From assembly GCA_965208535.1 (NCBI GenBank), contig CBDBOU010000002.1, forward strand, positions 2,883,701 through 2,947,700: a DNA stretch of 64,000 nt, read 5' to 3'. Below, piece by piece: positions 1 to 8,651 of this stretch (position 1 is its first letter; each line of letters begins with the position of its first letter). Under the pieces are notes generated by a model. The model was not told the DNA's origin and made no database searches. It saw only the letters and a program-made list of their open reading frames with translations. Both the position numbers and the translations under genes were made by a program. The DNA is from Vicinamibacterales bacterium (GTDB lineage Bacteria > Acidobacteriota > Vicinamibacteria > Vicinamibacterales > UBA8438).

Positions 1-447
1 GATCTCGACCGCCTGGACCGCCTGGAGCTGGTCGTGCACGGCGAGGTCGTCGCCACCGCCCCCGCCGAGGGCCGCGACCGCGTCCGGCTCCGGACGACGG
101 TGACTACCGACCGGAGCCTGTGGCTGGCGGTTCGGGCGTTCGGCGAGCGGCAGGAACCGGACAATCTCACCGTTGCCCACAGCGCCCCCATCTTCGTGAT
201 CGTGGAGGGCCGGCCGTTCTACCGGGATGAGCGTGTCCCCGAGCTGGTCGCCCTGCAGCGGACCCGGCTCCAGGAGCTGCTGACCGAGGCGGTCGATCCG
301 GATCGCGACCTCGAGCCGTGGGATACGCGCAGCCTGCTGTCGGAGATGTGGCCCGGCCAGCGGCGCCTGCTCGAACCCCGCGTCGAAGAGGCGGATGCGC
401 GCTACCGGGCCCTCCTGGCGGCGGTCGAGGAAGCGGGACGACCGTAG
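1..447 (+). CDS. C-terminal fragment of a hypothetical protein; the 5' end lies outside the window
   Basis: Frame 1 is open from base 1 to TAG 445-447. The ORF track piece is 34..447. No family is confidently recognised. Confidence 0.5.
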   Translation, partial: DLDRLDRLELVVHGEVVATAPAEGRDRVRLRTTVTTDRSLWLAVRAFGERQEPDNLTVAHSAPIFVIVEGRPFYRDERVPELVALQRTRLQELLTEAVDPDRDLEPWDTRSLLSEMWPGQRRLLEPRVEEADARYRALLAAVEEAGRP

Positions 448-457
448 CGAGCTGCGG

Positions 458-1737
458 TCACAACGACGAACCGTACCCCGAGCTGCCGAGGTCGGTGTCG
501 TGTTTGAAGAACATCACCGTGTAAGTCGCCCCCAACTGGAAGTTGTCCCGGTAGCGCCGGGTGAACGAGTTCGCGAGCGCCAGGTAGTCCGACTTCCCGC
601 GCGTCGAGATCAGGCGGATCGGGCCGAAGTCGGGCCGCGGCCGCCCGAACCGTGCCGGGGGCAGGTTGAATCCGGTCGCCTCGTCGTAGAAGACGTTGGG
701 GTCGCTCTGCGTCTCTTCGAACCGGCCCTCGTTGTAGATCAGATCCGAATCGAACGCCATGACCTCGTTCAGCTGCACCTGGAACCCGAGGTTCGACTGC
801 CAGACGTACGGCATCTGGGCGTCGTGGGCGATCACGTTGACGCTCTGCGGCGCCAGCGGGACTCGACCGGAGATGATGTCGTCGAAGGTGGCGCCGCGTT
901 GCGGATCTGGCCCGCCAATGCGTTCGGCGAAACCACCGTCGTCCCCGGCTCGCGCTCGCGCTCGTACGAGAAAAAGTAGTGCGCCTTGTCCTGGACGATC
1001 GGCCCACCGATGGTGCCGCCGATCTGCTAGTTCTCGTAGGGCAGCACCTCGCCCGTGAACGGGTCCGCCGCGTTGAACCTGTCGTCGCGGAAGTAGCCGT
1101 AGAAGGTGCCGCTCGTATCGTTCGTCCCCGACTTCGTGATCGCGTTGACCTGGAGCCCCGCCGATCGCCCCTGGGTCACGTCGAACATGTCGGTGATCAC
1201 CTCGTACTCCGCAATGGCGTCGCGGCTCATCCCGGGCTGCCCGAAGCTGGTGACCGAGGTCTGCTGAGTGATCTCCTGACCGTCGAGGTTGAGCTGGAAC
1301 CGCGACAACTGGTCGATCCCGGGCGTGTTGCCGACGGTGTTGTTGGTGACTCCCTTCACCAGCATCGTCAGCTCCATCCAGTTCCGCCCGCTGATCGGAA
1401 TCATGTCCATCTGGCGGCGGTCGACGTTGCCGCCCACATCGGCCTGTTGGAAGTCGATCAGCGGCGCTTCACCGGTCACCGTGACCGTCTCCTGGACCGT
1501 GGCCAGGCCCATCGTGAAGTCGAGAGTCGCGTTCTGCCCCACGAGCAGCTCTATGTCGGTGAGCACGACCGTAGCGAACGCTGGCAGCTCTGCCGTCAGG
1601 TCGTAGGTTCCCGCGGGCACCGACTGGACGCGATACTGTCCGCTTCCATCGGTGAACGCGGCCAAGGTCAGGCCGGTCGAAGGGTCGACGGCCGTGACTG
1701 TCACCCCGGGGAGCACGAGTCCGGACTCGTCCACCAA
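458..1737 (-). pseudogene. TonB-dependent receptor remnant (CarboxypepD_reg + plug region plus a mid-barrel piece)
   Basis: ORF 1027..1737 reads VDESGLVLPGVTVTAVD...GQYRV...TYDL, a typical carboxypeptidase-regulatory/plug N-terminus, but has no signal peptide upstream. An in-frame TAG at 1027-1029 is followed in the same frame by QIGGTIGGPIVQDKAHYFFSYERERE. A frameshift near 900-960 leads into ORF 458..835, which carries the RGKSDYLALANSFTRRY..QLGATYT barrel motif. The total is about 430 codons versus roughly 1000 expected. Confidence 0.75.
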
Positions 1738-1850
1738 GAAGACCGCCGGTCGCGAACGGAAGTGCGGCGTATCGTTGGTCGGCGCCGAGTCGTCACCCGG
1801 CAGGGAGGTTCTGGAGATTGTGCTGAAGTCGGGCTCAAGACGGACCGCGA

Positions 1851-3560
1851 GTGGACCCTATGTGGACCCTAACCCGGAAGATTCGCGGCGGGTGTGATTT
1901 TCGGTACAGACACAAGAGCCTCCGCGTGGTACAAGTGTAGTGGCAACAAGCACTTACACCACCACGGAGGCCCCTGCGTGACGACCGACACTGTATCACA
2001 GACTGTTCTGTTCCCGGATCTGTTCGACAAGCCGCTGTTCGCCCAGTTCAACCAGGAGCAGGCCAGCTCCGACGGCGGGGCGGTTCTGCTGAAGGCCGCC
2101 GAGCGCGTCTACGGTCTGGTCAAGGCGTTCGCCGGGTGCCTGTTCGACAAGCGGGCGCCGGACAAGACCCGTCACACGCTCGCGGACCTGGTCGGCCAGC
2201 GCATCTTCGGCATCGCCTGCGGCCATCCCGACTGCAACGACGGCGACCACCTCGCCGACGACCCGGTGCACAAGCTGTTGCTCGACAGAGACCCGGTTTC
2301 GGGTGAGCGCCTGGCATCGCAGCCGACCCTGTCGCGGTTCGAGAACGCGTTCAACCGCTGCGCGCTCTACCGCATGGCGGACGAGTTGGCGACGCGGGTC
2401 ATCGAGCGCCATCGCCGCCGTCTGGACGGGCAGGCGCGGTGCATCACCATCGACCTGGACCCGACGGACGACCCGACGCACGGGGCGCAGCAGTACACCC
2501 TGTTCAACGGGTACTACGACAACTGGTGCTACCTGCCGCTGCTGGCCTTCCTGCGCTTCGACCGCGAATCCGAGCAATATCTGTGCGCGGCGCTGCTGCG
2601 GCACGGCAAGGCGGTCGCCTCCGACGGAACGGTCGGGCTGTTGTCGCGTTTGCTGCCGCTGGTGCGCCGGGCGTTTCCGCGGGCACGCATTCTCGTTCGG
2701 CTCGACGGGGGCTTTGCCAGCCCGGCGGTCTTCGACTTCCTGGAGGCGCAGCCGCGGCTCGATTACGTGGTCGCGATGGCGAAGAACGCGGTCCTGCTGC
2801 GACACGCCGAGCCGGCCATGCTGGTGGCGCGGGCGCGCACTTGGCGCAGCGACCAGACCGAGCACGTCTACACCGAGACCGACGAGTATCGGGCCGGCAA
2901 ATGGAGTCACGCGCGCCGCGTCGTGATCAAGGCCGAGGTCGTTCGCCTCGGGGACCGCGAGCCGCGGGACAACCCGCGCTTCGTGGTGACGAACCTGCGG
3001 CAGACGCCGCGCTTCATCTACGAGAAGGTCTACTGCGCGCGCGGCGACGTCGAGAACCGGATCAAGGAGCTGAAGGCCCTGCAGATCGACCGCACGAGTT
3101 GCCAGAAGTTCTCACCGAACCAGTTGCGCGTCCTGCTGACGGCCGCCGCCTACGTGCTGATGCAGGAGTTGCGGTTGCGCGCCGCCGACACCGCGTGTGC
3201 CCGCGCACAGGTGCCTTGGCTGCGCGACCGGCTGCTGAAGCTCGGCGTCCAGGTGGTGCGCTCGGTGCGTCGCATCGTCCTGCGCCTGCCGCGCGCGACA
3301 CCGGACTTGGTGGCGTGGCGACAGATCGCGTTCGCGCTCGGGGCGCGCACCGGATAGCGTTCTGTCGCACGTCATATCGCTGCCGGCCGGTCGGCTGCCA
3401 AGCGCCCGCAACGGGGACGTGTGTGCAGCTATCGTCTTCGGCACCCGTCATCACGTCCATGGGGCGCTCAACCACGCCGCCACGCGTGGTTGAGGACGTT
3501 CCGGGGGCCACCCGCCGGTCACTACCCGCCGTCGGTGACCGAATCCGGTCTCGTCACCGC
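1851..3560 (+). mobile_element. IS1380-family insertion sequence; boundaries are approximate and unresolved
   Basis: Contains a complete IS1380-type DDE transposase gene. It is flanked by a truncated receptor pseudogene on the left and tRNA-Lys on the right. I could not identify convincing terminal inverted repeats or a target duplication. A 10-bp tandem duplication GTGGACCCTA is present at 1851-1860 and 1862-1871. Confidence 0.45.
1978..3357 (+). CDS. IS1380 family DDE transposase
   Basis: 459 aa from GTG 1978, with GGAGG 7 nt upstream. The N-terminal pattern FDKPLFAQF..SSDGGAVLLKAAE.., then GHPDCNDGDHLADDP, LASQPTLSRFEN, and RGDVENRIKELK near the C-terminus are typical of IS1380-family transposases. 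Confidence 0.85.
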   Translation: MTTDTVSQTVLFPDLFDKPLFAQFNQEQASSDGGAVLLKAAERVYGLVKAFAGCLFDKRAPDKTRHTLADLVGQRIFGIACGHPDCNDGDHLADDPVHKLLLDRDPVSGERLASQPTLSRFENAFNRCALYRMADELATRVIERHRRRLDGQARCITIDLDPTDDPTHGAQQYTLFNGYYDNWCYLPLLAFLRFDRESEQYLCAALLRHGKAVASDGTVGLLSRLLPLVRRAFPRARILVRLDGGFASPAVFDFLEAQPRLDYVVAMAKNAVLLRHAEPAMLVARARTWRSDQTEHVYTETDEYRAGKWSHARRVVIKAEVVRLGDREPRDNPRFVVTNLRQTPRFIYEKVYCARGDVENRIKELKALQIDRTSCQKFSPNQLRVLLTAAAYVLMQELRLRAADTACARAQVPWLRDRLLKLGVQVVRSVRRIVLRLPRATPDLVAWRQIAFALGARTG

Positions 3561-3649
3561 CTCCCGGAGGCCGAGTCCGGGACGTCGTGCATGATGCGGG
3601 CTAACAGCGGGAACCCGAGCGGTAAGGTGGATTGAGTGCCCGTTTCTAT

Positions 3650-3724
3650 TGGTGGGCCGCGCTGGGATCGAACCAGCGACACCCTGATTAAAAGTCAGGT
3701 GCTCTACCACTGAGCTAGCGGCCC
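3650..3724 (-). tRNA. tRNA-Lys (anticodon TTT), CCA encoded
   Basis: The reverse complement GGGCCGCTAGCTCAGTGGTAGAGCACCTGACTTTTAATCAGGGTGTCGCTGGTTCGATCCCAGCGCGGCCCACCA folds as a cloverleaf. The acceptor is GGGCCGC/GCGGCCC and the anticodon loop is CTTTTAA. Confidence 0.95.
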
Positions 3725-3761
3725 GACGGGCGGGCCGCGGCCGGGGAGGCCGCGACCCGTC
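3725..3761 (-). other. GC-rich hairpin between the DUF2911 gene stop and the tRNA-Lys 5' end
   Basis: GACGGG/CCCGTC (3725-3730 with 3756-3761) plus an inner stem CGCGGCC/GGCCGCG (3736-3742 with 3748-3754). There is no U-tract, so it may be an attenuator or a processing structure. Confidence 0.3.
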
Positions 3762-3796
3762 GGAAGCAGGCGGCGGGCCGAGCGCCGCCGCCGGAA

Positions 3797-4438
3797 TCAG
3801 TGCACCATCAGGGGCACGCTGGCCGTCAGCGTCCCCCATTCGAATCCGAGGTTGCCGTCTTCGATCGAAATCACGAGCTGCTCGGCCGGCGGGTCGACCT
3901 CGCCGACGGTCATCGGAACGTGCACGAGGTCGTGCTCCGAGTTGTACGCCGTGCCCCACTGGCCGGTCTCGCTGTTGACGATCAGGTGGAACTCGTCGCC
4001 GGCCTGCATGGTCCACAGCGTGTACTCGCCGGCCGGGATGGTCGCGGCGCCGAGCATCAGCTCGCGATCGGTGGTCAGCGTGGTCGCTTCGTCCGCGCCC
4101 AGGCGCCAGACCGAATCGGCCATCGGCTCGACGCTCTCGCCGACGACGCGGCCCTTCAAGTACGGCCGGCCGTAGTCGATGGTGATGTTGCCGCCGTCGA
4201 CGCTCCAGTGGACGCTCACGTGCGGGCTGCCGGCGGCCCCTTCGTGGACGGGAGTCACGTGGCCGCCGCCGAGCATCTCCATGCCGCCCGCATCGGCCGC
4301 CACGGCGTCCATGTCGGCGCCTTCGTGATCCATCGCTTCCGATTCGGGCGCCTCACCGCCGCCGCCGCCGCAGGCCGCGACGAATGTCACCGCAAGAAAC
4401 CCCAGAAACAAGGCGAACAGAAACTGACGAGCGTTCAT
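3797..4438 (-). CDS. DUF2911 domain lipoprotein
   Basis: Start ATG 4438 is preceded by AAGGGAGA. The signal peptide MNARQFLFALFLGFLAVTFVAAC carries a lipobox. The C-terminal half (ITIDYGRPYLKGR..WRLGADEATTL..AGEYTLW) resembles DUF2911. Confidence 0.75.
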   Translation of the reverse strand: MNARQFLFALFLGFLAVTFVAACGGGGGEAPESEAMDHEGADMDAVAADAGGMEMLGGGHVTPVHEGAAGSPHVSVHWSVDGGNITIDYGRPYLKGRVVGESVEPMADSVWRLGADEATTLTTDRELMLGAATIPAGEYTLWTMQAGDEFHLIVNSETGQWGTAYNSEHDLVHVPMTVGEVDPPAEQLVISIEDGNLGFEWGTLTASVPLMVH

Positions 4439-4595
4439 GAAGTCTCCCTTCTGTCGGTAGATCAGCGAAGAATAGCACGTGGGTCGTCGTCCCTTCACGT
4501 AGGAAACCGCTCGCAGTTGCGCTTCAGCCACGGGTGGAGTCGGCTACCCGGACCCGCCGCCGGGCGGAAGACGACTGTTCCGGGGCGCCACCGGG

Positions 4596-5504
4596 CTAGA
4601 GAATCCGGAGACCCAGCGCGGAGAGCGCCAGCTCGACGCCGAGCTCTGCTGTGGCGTTGCGGTCGTCGAGCGTGGGGTTGAGCTCGACCAGGTCGAGTGC
4701 ACGCAGCCTGCCGCTGTCGGCGACGGTCTCCATCACCAGGTGGGCCTCGCGGTAGCTGAGGCCGCCGCGGACCGGGGTGCCGACGCCGGGCGCGATGCCC
4801 GGGTCGCAGACGTCCAGGTCGAACGAGACGTGCAGGGCGTCCGCGTCGCTGCCGGTCAGCTTCAGGGCGCGCTCGGCGACGGTCGCCATGCCGAGGCGGT
4901 CGACATCCTTCATCGTGAAGACGTGGATGCCGGAGGCGACCACGTGCTTGCGTTCGGCGGGATCGAGGTTGCGGACGCCGATGAGGACGGTGCGAGCGGC
5001 ATCGACCGCCGGGGGCACTCCGCCGATGCCGGACAGCTCGGCCGGCTCGGGACCCAGCAGCGCCGCGAGCGGCATGCCGTGGACGTTGCCGCTGGGACTG
5101 ATCCGCGGCGTGTTCATGTCGCCGTGCGCATCGATCCAGAGGAGGCCGAACTGCTCGTTGTGTTCCCGGGCCGAGGCGGCGCTGGCGGCGACGGATCCGG
5201 CCGACAGGCTGTGGTCGCCGCCGAGGACGAGGGGCAGGGTCCCCGCGGCGAGGGATGCGGCGGCGGTATCGAACAGGCGCCGGCAGATGCTGGCGATGTC
5301 GTCGATGTACTTCTTGCCGGCATCCCCCGGGCGCCTGGTCTCGCGGATCGGCGCTTCGAGGTTTCCCCGGTCCGTTACCGCGTAGCCCAGCGCGGCGAGG
5401 CGGTCGCCGAGGCCGGCGATGCGCAGCGCGGAGGGACCCATGTCGACCCCGCGCCGGTCGGCGCCGAGGTCGAGCGGCACGCCGATGATGTCGACCGCCT
5501 TCAT
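4596..5504 (-). CDS. rocF: Arginase
   Basis: 302 aa beginning MKAVDIIGVPLDLGADRRGVDMGPSALR. The ureohydrolase metal motifs GGDHS, DAHGD and SFDLDVCDP are present. Its ATG overlaps the hemY stop (ATGA at 5501-5504). The long N-terminal extension in the ORF track is rejected. Confidence 0.9.
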   Translation of the reverse strand: MKAVDIIGVPLDLGADRRGVDMGPSALRIAGLGDRLAALGYAVTDRGNLEAPIRETRRPGDAGKKYIDDIASICRRLFDTAAASLAAGTLPLVLGGDHSLSAGSVAASAASAREHNEQFGLLWIDAHGDMNTPRISPSGNVHGMPLAALLGPEPAELSGIGGVPPAVDAARTVLIGVRNLDPAERKHVVASGIHVFTMKDVDRLGMATVAERALKLTGSDADALHVSFDLDVCDPGIAPGVGTPVRGGLSYREAHLVMETVADSGRLRALDLVELNPTLDDRNATAELGVELALSALGLRIL

Positions 5505-6922
5505 GGTGCGCTCCCGGCGGCGGCCGCCGCCGCGGCGCCGGCGTCCCGGCCGGCGGCTACGCAGTCGCCGATGCCGACGCCGCGAAAGGCGGCGCCGACG
5601 ATCCGCAGCCCGGGCAATCGCGCCAGCCGCCGGTCGATCTCCGCCACGCGCTCCGGATGACCCACCTGGTGCTGCGGGTTCGCCCGCGGCCAGCGGTAGA
5701 CGCGCGCCAGCACGGGATCGTCGGCGATGCCGAGCAGCCGGGTCAGATCGCCCCGCACGGTGTCGACGAGGGTTGCGTCCGGCAGCGCCGGCGCGTCCGG
5801 GCGGCGCGCCCCGCCCACGAAGCCGCGCAGCAGGACGTGATCGCCGGGCGCCCGGCCCGGCCACTTGGACGAGATCCATGTGGCGGCGGTGATCGAGAGG
5901 CCCGGCTCGACGCGCGGAACCACGAAGCCGCTGCCGCGCAACGGGTGGAGGACGGCGTCCCGGGGAAAGGCCAGCACCACGATGGCGGTGGACGTGTCGG
6001 TGAACGACGCGCACAGGCGCCCGAGCACGCCGTCGACACCGGCCACCAGAGGCGCCGCGGCGTGCGCGGGAAGGGCCAGGACCACCTGGTCCGCCGTGAT
6101 GCGCGATCCGGCGCCGGTCTCCAGTGCGTAGGGAGGCCCGCCCTCGATGCCGGTGACCGCGATCCCGCGGCGCACCGAGTGCCCCGGCAGACGTGCTCCC
6201 AGGGCGCGGGGGAGTGTCTCGAGTCCCTCCGGGAACGAGCGGAACGGTCCCTGTCCTTCCGTCGTGGAGGCCCGCGCGGCCGCGTTGCGCCGGAACGCCC
6301 GGATCACGCTTCCGTGGGACCGCTCGGCCTCGACGAACTGCGGGAACAGGGCCCGCATCGAGAGCCGCTCCACGTCTCCCGAGTGAATGCCGGCCAGCAG
6401 CGGTTCGGCCAGGTAATCGGTCGCCTCCGCCCCGAAGCGGCGGCGGAAGAAGGCCGCTATCGACTCGTCTCGCGAGATCTCCTCCGGGCTCTTCCTTGCG
6501 GGGTTGCCCCGATTGCGGGGCGCGAGCAGCTCGAGGCCCAGCCGCAGGCGGCCGCGCCAGGAAAGAAGCCGCTGGGCGGCCAGCGGGCCTATTCCCGTCG
6601 GAATGCCGAAGACCGACCCGGGAGGCAGCGGGTGGAGCACCCCGTCACGCACCACGTACGCGGTGCGCGGCGTCCGGGTCGGGATGAGGCGGGCGGCGAG
6701 ACCCAACTCCCGGCACAGGGCGATCGCCGCCGGCTTCTGCGTGACGATGGAATCGGGCCCGGCGTCGATGGTGAAGCCGCCGGCCTGTTCGGTGCGGATC
6801 ACGCCGCCGAGCCGCTCGGACTTCTCGATCAACACGAAAGGCGTGTTCCGCCGGTGGAGCTCGTACGCCGCCGACAGCCCGCTGATGCCTCCGCCCACGA
6901 CGGCGACCGCCACGTCGCTCAC
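5501..6922 (-). CDS. hemY: Protoporphyrinogen/coproporphyrinogen oxidase (HemY/CgoX type, FAD-dependent)
   Basis: N-terminal Rossmann motif VAVVGGGISGLSAAYEL, ~473 aa, similarity across the full length to HemY-type oxidases, and adjacent to hemE. Confidence 0.85.
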   Translation of the reverse strand: MSDVAVAVVGGGISGLSAAYELHRRNTPFVLIEKSERLGGVIRTEQAGGFTIDAGPDSIVTQKPAAIALCRELGLAARLIPTRTPRTAYVVRDGVLHPLPPGSVFGIPTGIGPLAAQRLLSWRGRLRLGLELLAPRNRGNPARKSPEEISRDESIAAFFRRRFGAEATDYLAEPLLAGIHSGDVERLSMRALFPQFVEAERSHGSVIRAFRRNAAARASTTEGQGPFRSFPEGLETLPRALGARLPGHSVRRGIAVTGIEGGPPYALETGAGSRITADQVVLALPAHAAAPLVAGVDGVLGRLCASFTDTSTAIVVLAFPRDAVLHPLRGSGFVVPRVEPGLSITAATWISSKWPGRAPGDHVLLRGFVGGARRPDAPALPDATLVDTVRGDLTRLLGIADDPVLARVYRWPRANPQHQVGHPERVAEIDRRLARLPGLRIVGAAFRGVGIGDCVAAGRDAGAAAAAAAGSAP

Positions 6923-6998
6923 GCTGCGCTCCCGACCGGGCGCGGTCCGCGTCCCGGTCCGCTCCCGCGGAGCATTGGCCGCGCGCTGCCGGGGCGGC

Positions 6999-7106
6999 CA
7001 GCGCCCCGAAACCCCTCGCCGGCTCGGCGTTTCGGCTCATCCCCTCCGCTCCATGAGCCTGCGCCGCAGAACGCAACGGAGCGCGTTCTGCGGCGCGGCC
7101 TGCTAG
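6999..7106 (-). repeat. Composite palindromic repeat R1 (two hairpins), starting at the hemE stop codon
   Basis: The reverse complement CTAGCAGGCCGCGCCGCAGAACGC..GCGTTCTGCGGCGCAGGCTCATGGAGCGGAGGGGATGAGCCGAAACGCCGAGCCGGCGAGGGGTTTCGGGGCGCTGG aligns at roughly 80% by eye with 60401-60509. Confidence 0.7.
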
Positions 7107-8125
7107 CTGCACTCGTGCACGAAACGCGCGAGGGTCTGGACATGCGAGACGGGGGTCTCCGGGAGGATGCCGTGGCCGAGGTTGAAGATGTGGCCCGCCC
7201 GTCCCCCGGCGCGCTGCAGCACCTCCTCCGCCCCGGCGAGCAGGCGGTCGATGCGTCCAAGAAGCAGCGTCGGGTCCAGGTTTCCCTGCACGGCGCGATC
7301 CGTTCCGATGCGCGCCCATGCATCGTCCAGCGGCACGCGCCAGTCGACACCGATGACGTCGCCCCCGGCTTCGGTCATCGCCTCCAGCAGGGTGGCGGTG
7401 CCCGTGCCGAAGTGCAGCACGGGCACGCCGGTTGCGGCGACCGCGCTCAGCACCCGCCGGGTGTGGGGCAGTGCGAACTCGCGGTAGTCACCCGGGCTGA
7501 GTGCCCCGACCCAGGAGTCGAACACCTGTATGGCCTGCGCGCCGGCCTCGACCTGGGCTACCAGGTAGTCGGCCACCGCCTCGGACAGCTTCTCGCACAG
7601 GCGATGCCAGGCGTCCGGCTCGCCGTACATGAGGGCCTTGGTTCGGGAGTAGTGGCTCGAAGGGCCGCCTTCGACAGCGTAGGACGCCAGCGTGAACGGG
7701 GCGCCTCCGAAACCGATGAGGGGCACCCGGTCGGCGAGCTCGCGCCGCAGCAGCCCGATGGTCGCGAGCACGTGGCCGAGCGATTCGCGCGGCTGGAGCG
7801 TCCGCAGCCGGTCGATGTCGCCCGCCGTGCGGAGCGGCTCGTGGATGACGGGTCCTTCGCCCTTGACGAAATCGAAGGGGATCCCGAGCGGCTCGAGAGG
7901 CAGGAGCAGGTCCGAGAAGAGGATGGCGGCGTCGACGTCGATCCGGTCGACGGGTTGCAGCGTCACCTCGGCGGCCAGCTCCGGCTGCCGGCAGATGTCG
8001 AGCAGGGAATGCCGCTGCCGAATGGCGCGGTACTCGGGCATGTAGCGCCCCGCCTGGCGCATGAACCAGACCGGCGTGCGGTCGACCGGTTCGCGCCGGC
8101 AGGCGCGCAGGAATCGATCGTTCAC
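7103..8125 (-). CDS. hemE: Uroporphyrinogen decarboxylase
   Basis: N-terminus MNDRFLRACRREPVDRTPVWFMRQAGRYMPEYR is the canonical HemE signature; 340 aa. Confidence 0.95.
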   Translation of the reverse strand: MNDRFLRACRREPVDRTPVWFMRQAGRYMPEYRAIRQRHSLLDICRQPELAAEVTLQPVDRIDVDAAILFSDLLLPLEPLGIPFDFVKGEGPVIHEPLRTAGDIDRLRTLQPRESLGHVLATIGLLRRELADRVPLIGFGGAPFTLASYAVEGGPSSHYSRTKALMYGEPDAWHRLCEKLSEAVADYLVAQVEAGAQAIQVFDSWVGALSPGDYREFALPHTRRVLSAVAATGVPVLHFGTGTATLLEAMTEAGGDVIGVDWRVPLDDAWARIGTDRAVQGNLDPTLLLGRIDRLLAGAEEVLQRAGGRAGHIFNLGHGILPETPVSHVQTLARFVHECS

Positions 8126-8213
8126 CCGCCGATCGTACTACGAGCACCGGCCGCCGACGCAGTCGGGCCGGTCGCCGCGCCGGCCGGCACTCGTGCTAGG
8201 ATGCGCCGCTGCC

Positions 8214-8627
8214 ATGCCGTATCTGCGGTTCTCTCGTGACGAGCGAGGCTACGAGCACACGTATCTGCTCCACGGGCTCCGCAGCGGTTCCCGGCCCCGG
8301 CTGCTGTACTGGTTCCGCACGCCGCCCAACGTCGGCATCGGGCGTTTGCCGCTCGACGGGGAAGCGATGCAGGCCATCGAGGACGCCAATGCGGACCTCA
8401 CATTCGACTGGGCCAGGATGCTGCGGGTGAAGCCGAAGACTGCCTCGTCGCGCGCGGGTGGAGGGGAGAAGGGCGGGCCGGGCGGCGAGCGGTTCGAGGC
8501 CACCGTGGCGGCCATCCGGGAGGAGCTCGGACGCCGCCGCAGGCGCTCGTCGCGGGGCCGGCGCGGCAGTCCGCGCGCGCGGGTTCCGGAGCAGGCCGAC
8601 GAGCGTGGAGAAACCGCGTCGGAGTAG
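8214..8627 (+). CDS. Hypothetical protein with an Arg-rich C-terminus
   Basis: ATG 8214 gives MPYLRFSRDERGYEHTYLLHG.., divergent from hemE. No family is recognised. The upstream part of ORF 8061..8627 overlaps hemE and is rejected. Confidence 0.5.
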   Translation: MPYLRFSRDERGYEHTYLLHGLRSGSRPRLLYWFRTPPNVGIGRLPLDGEAMQAIEDANADLTFDWARMLRVKPKTASSRAGGGEKGGPGGERFEATVAAIREELGRRRRRSSRGRRGSPRARVPEQADERGETASE

Positions 8628-8651
8628 CGTGGACAGGGTCGCTTTGCTATC

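Noticed and set aside
1027-1029. In-frame TAG in the TonB-receptor gene considered as recoding (pyrrolysine or read-through)
   Set aside because: The same gene also has a frameshift, lacks its signal peptide and is missing most of the barrel. Pseudogene decay is the simpler explanation.
1881-1906. Possible IS1380 left inverted repeat (CCGGAAGATTCGCGGCGGGTGTGA) pairing with 3521-3555
   Set aside because: The match needs several indels and could be chance in GC-rich DNA, and no matching target duplication is present. The IS ends are left unresolved.
3522-4016. 164-aa ORF overlapping tRNA-Lys
   Set aside because: It covers a canonical tRNA and the 3' end of the DUF2911 gene in another frame.
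4596-6014. 472-aa version of the arginase ORF
   Set aside because: The first ~170 codons overlap hemY in another frame and are Arg/Pro junk. Arginase homology begins at MKAVDII (ATG 5504).
5657-8239. 860-aa ORF on the plus strand
   Set aside because: It is antisense to hemY and hemE, which have unmistakable family signatures. The translation is Arg/Gly/Ala/Pro-rich with no recognisable domain, which is typical for a GC-rich antisense frame.
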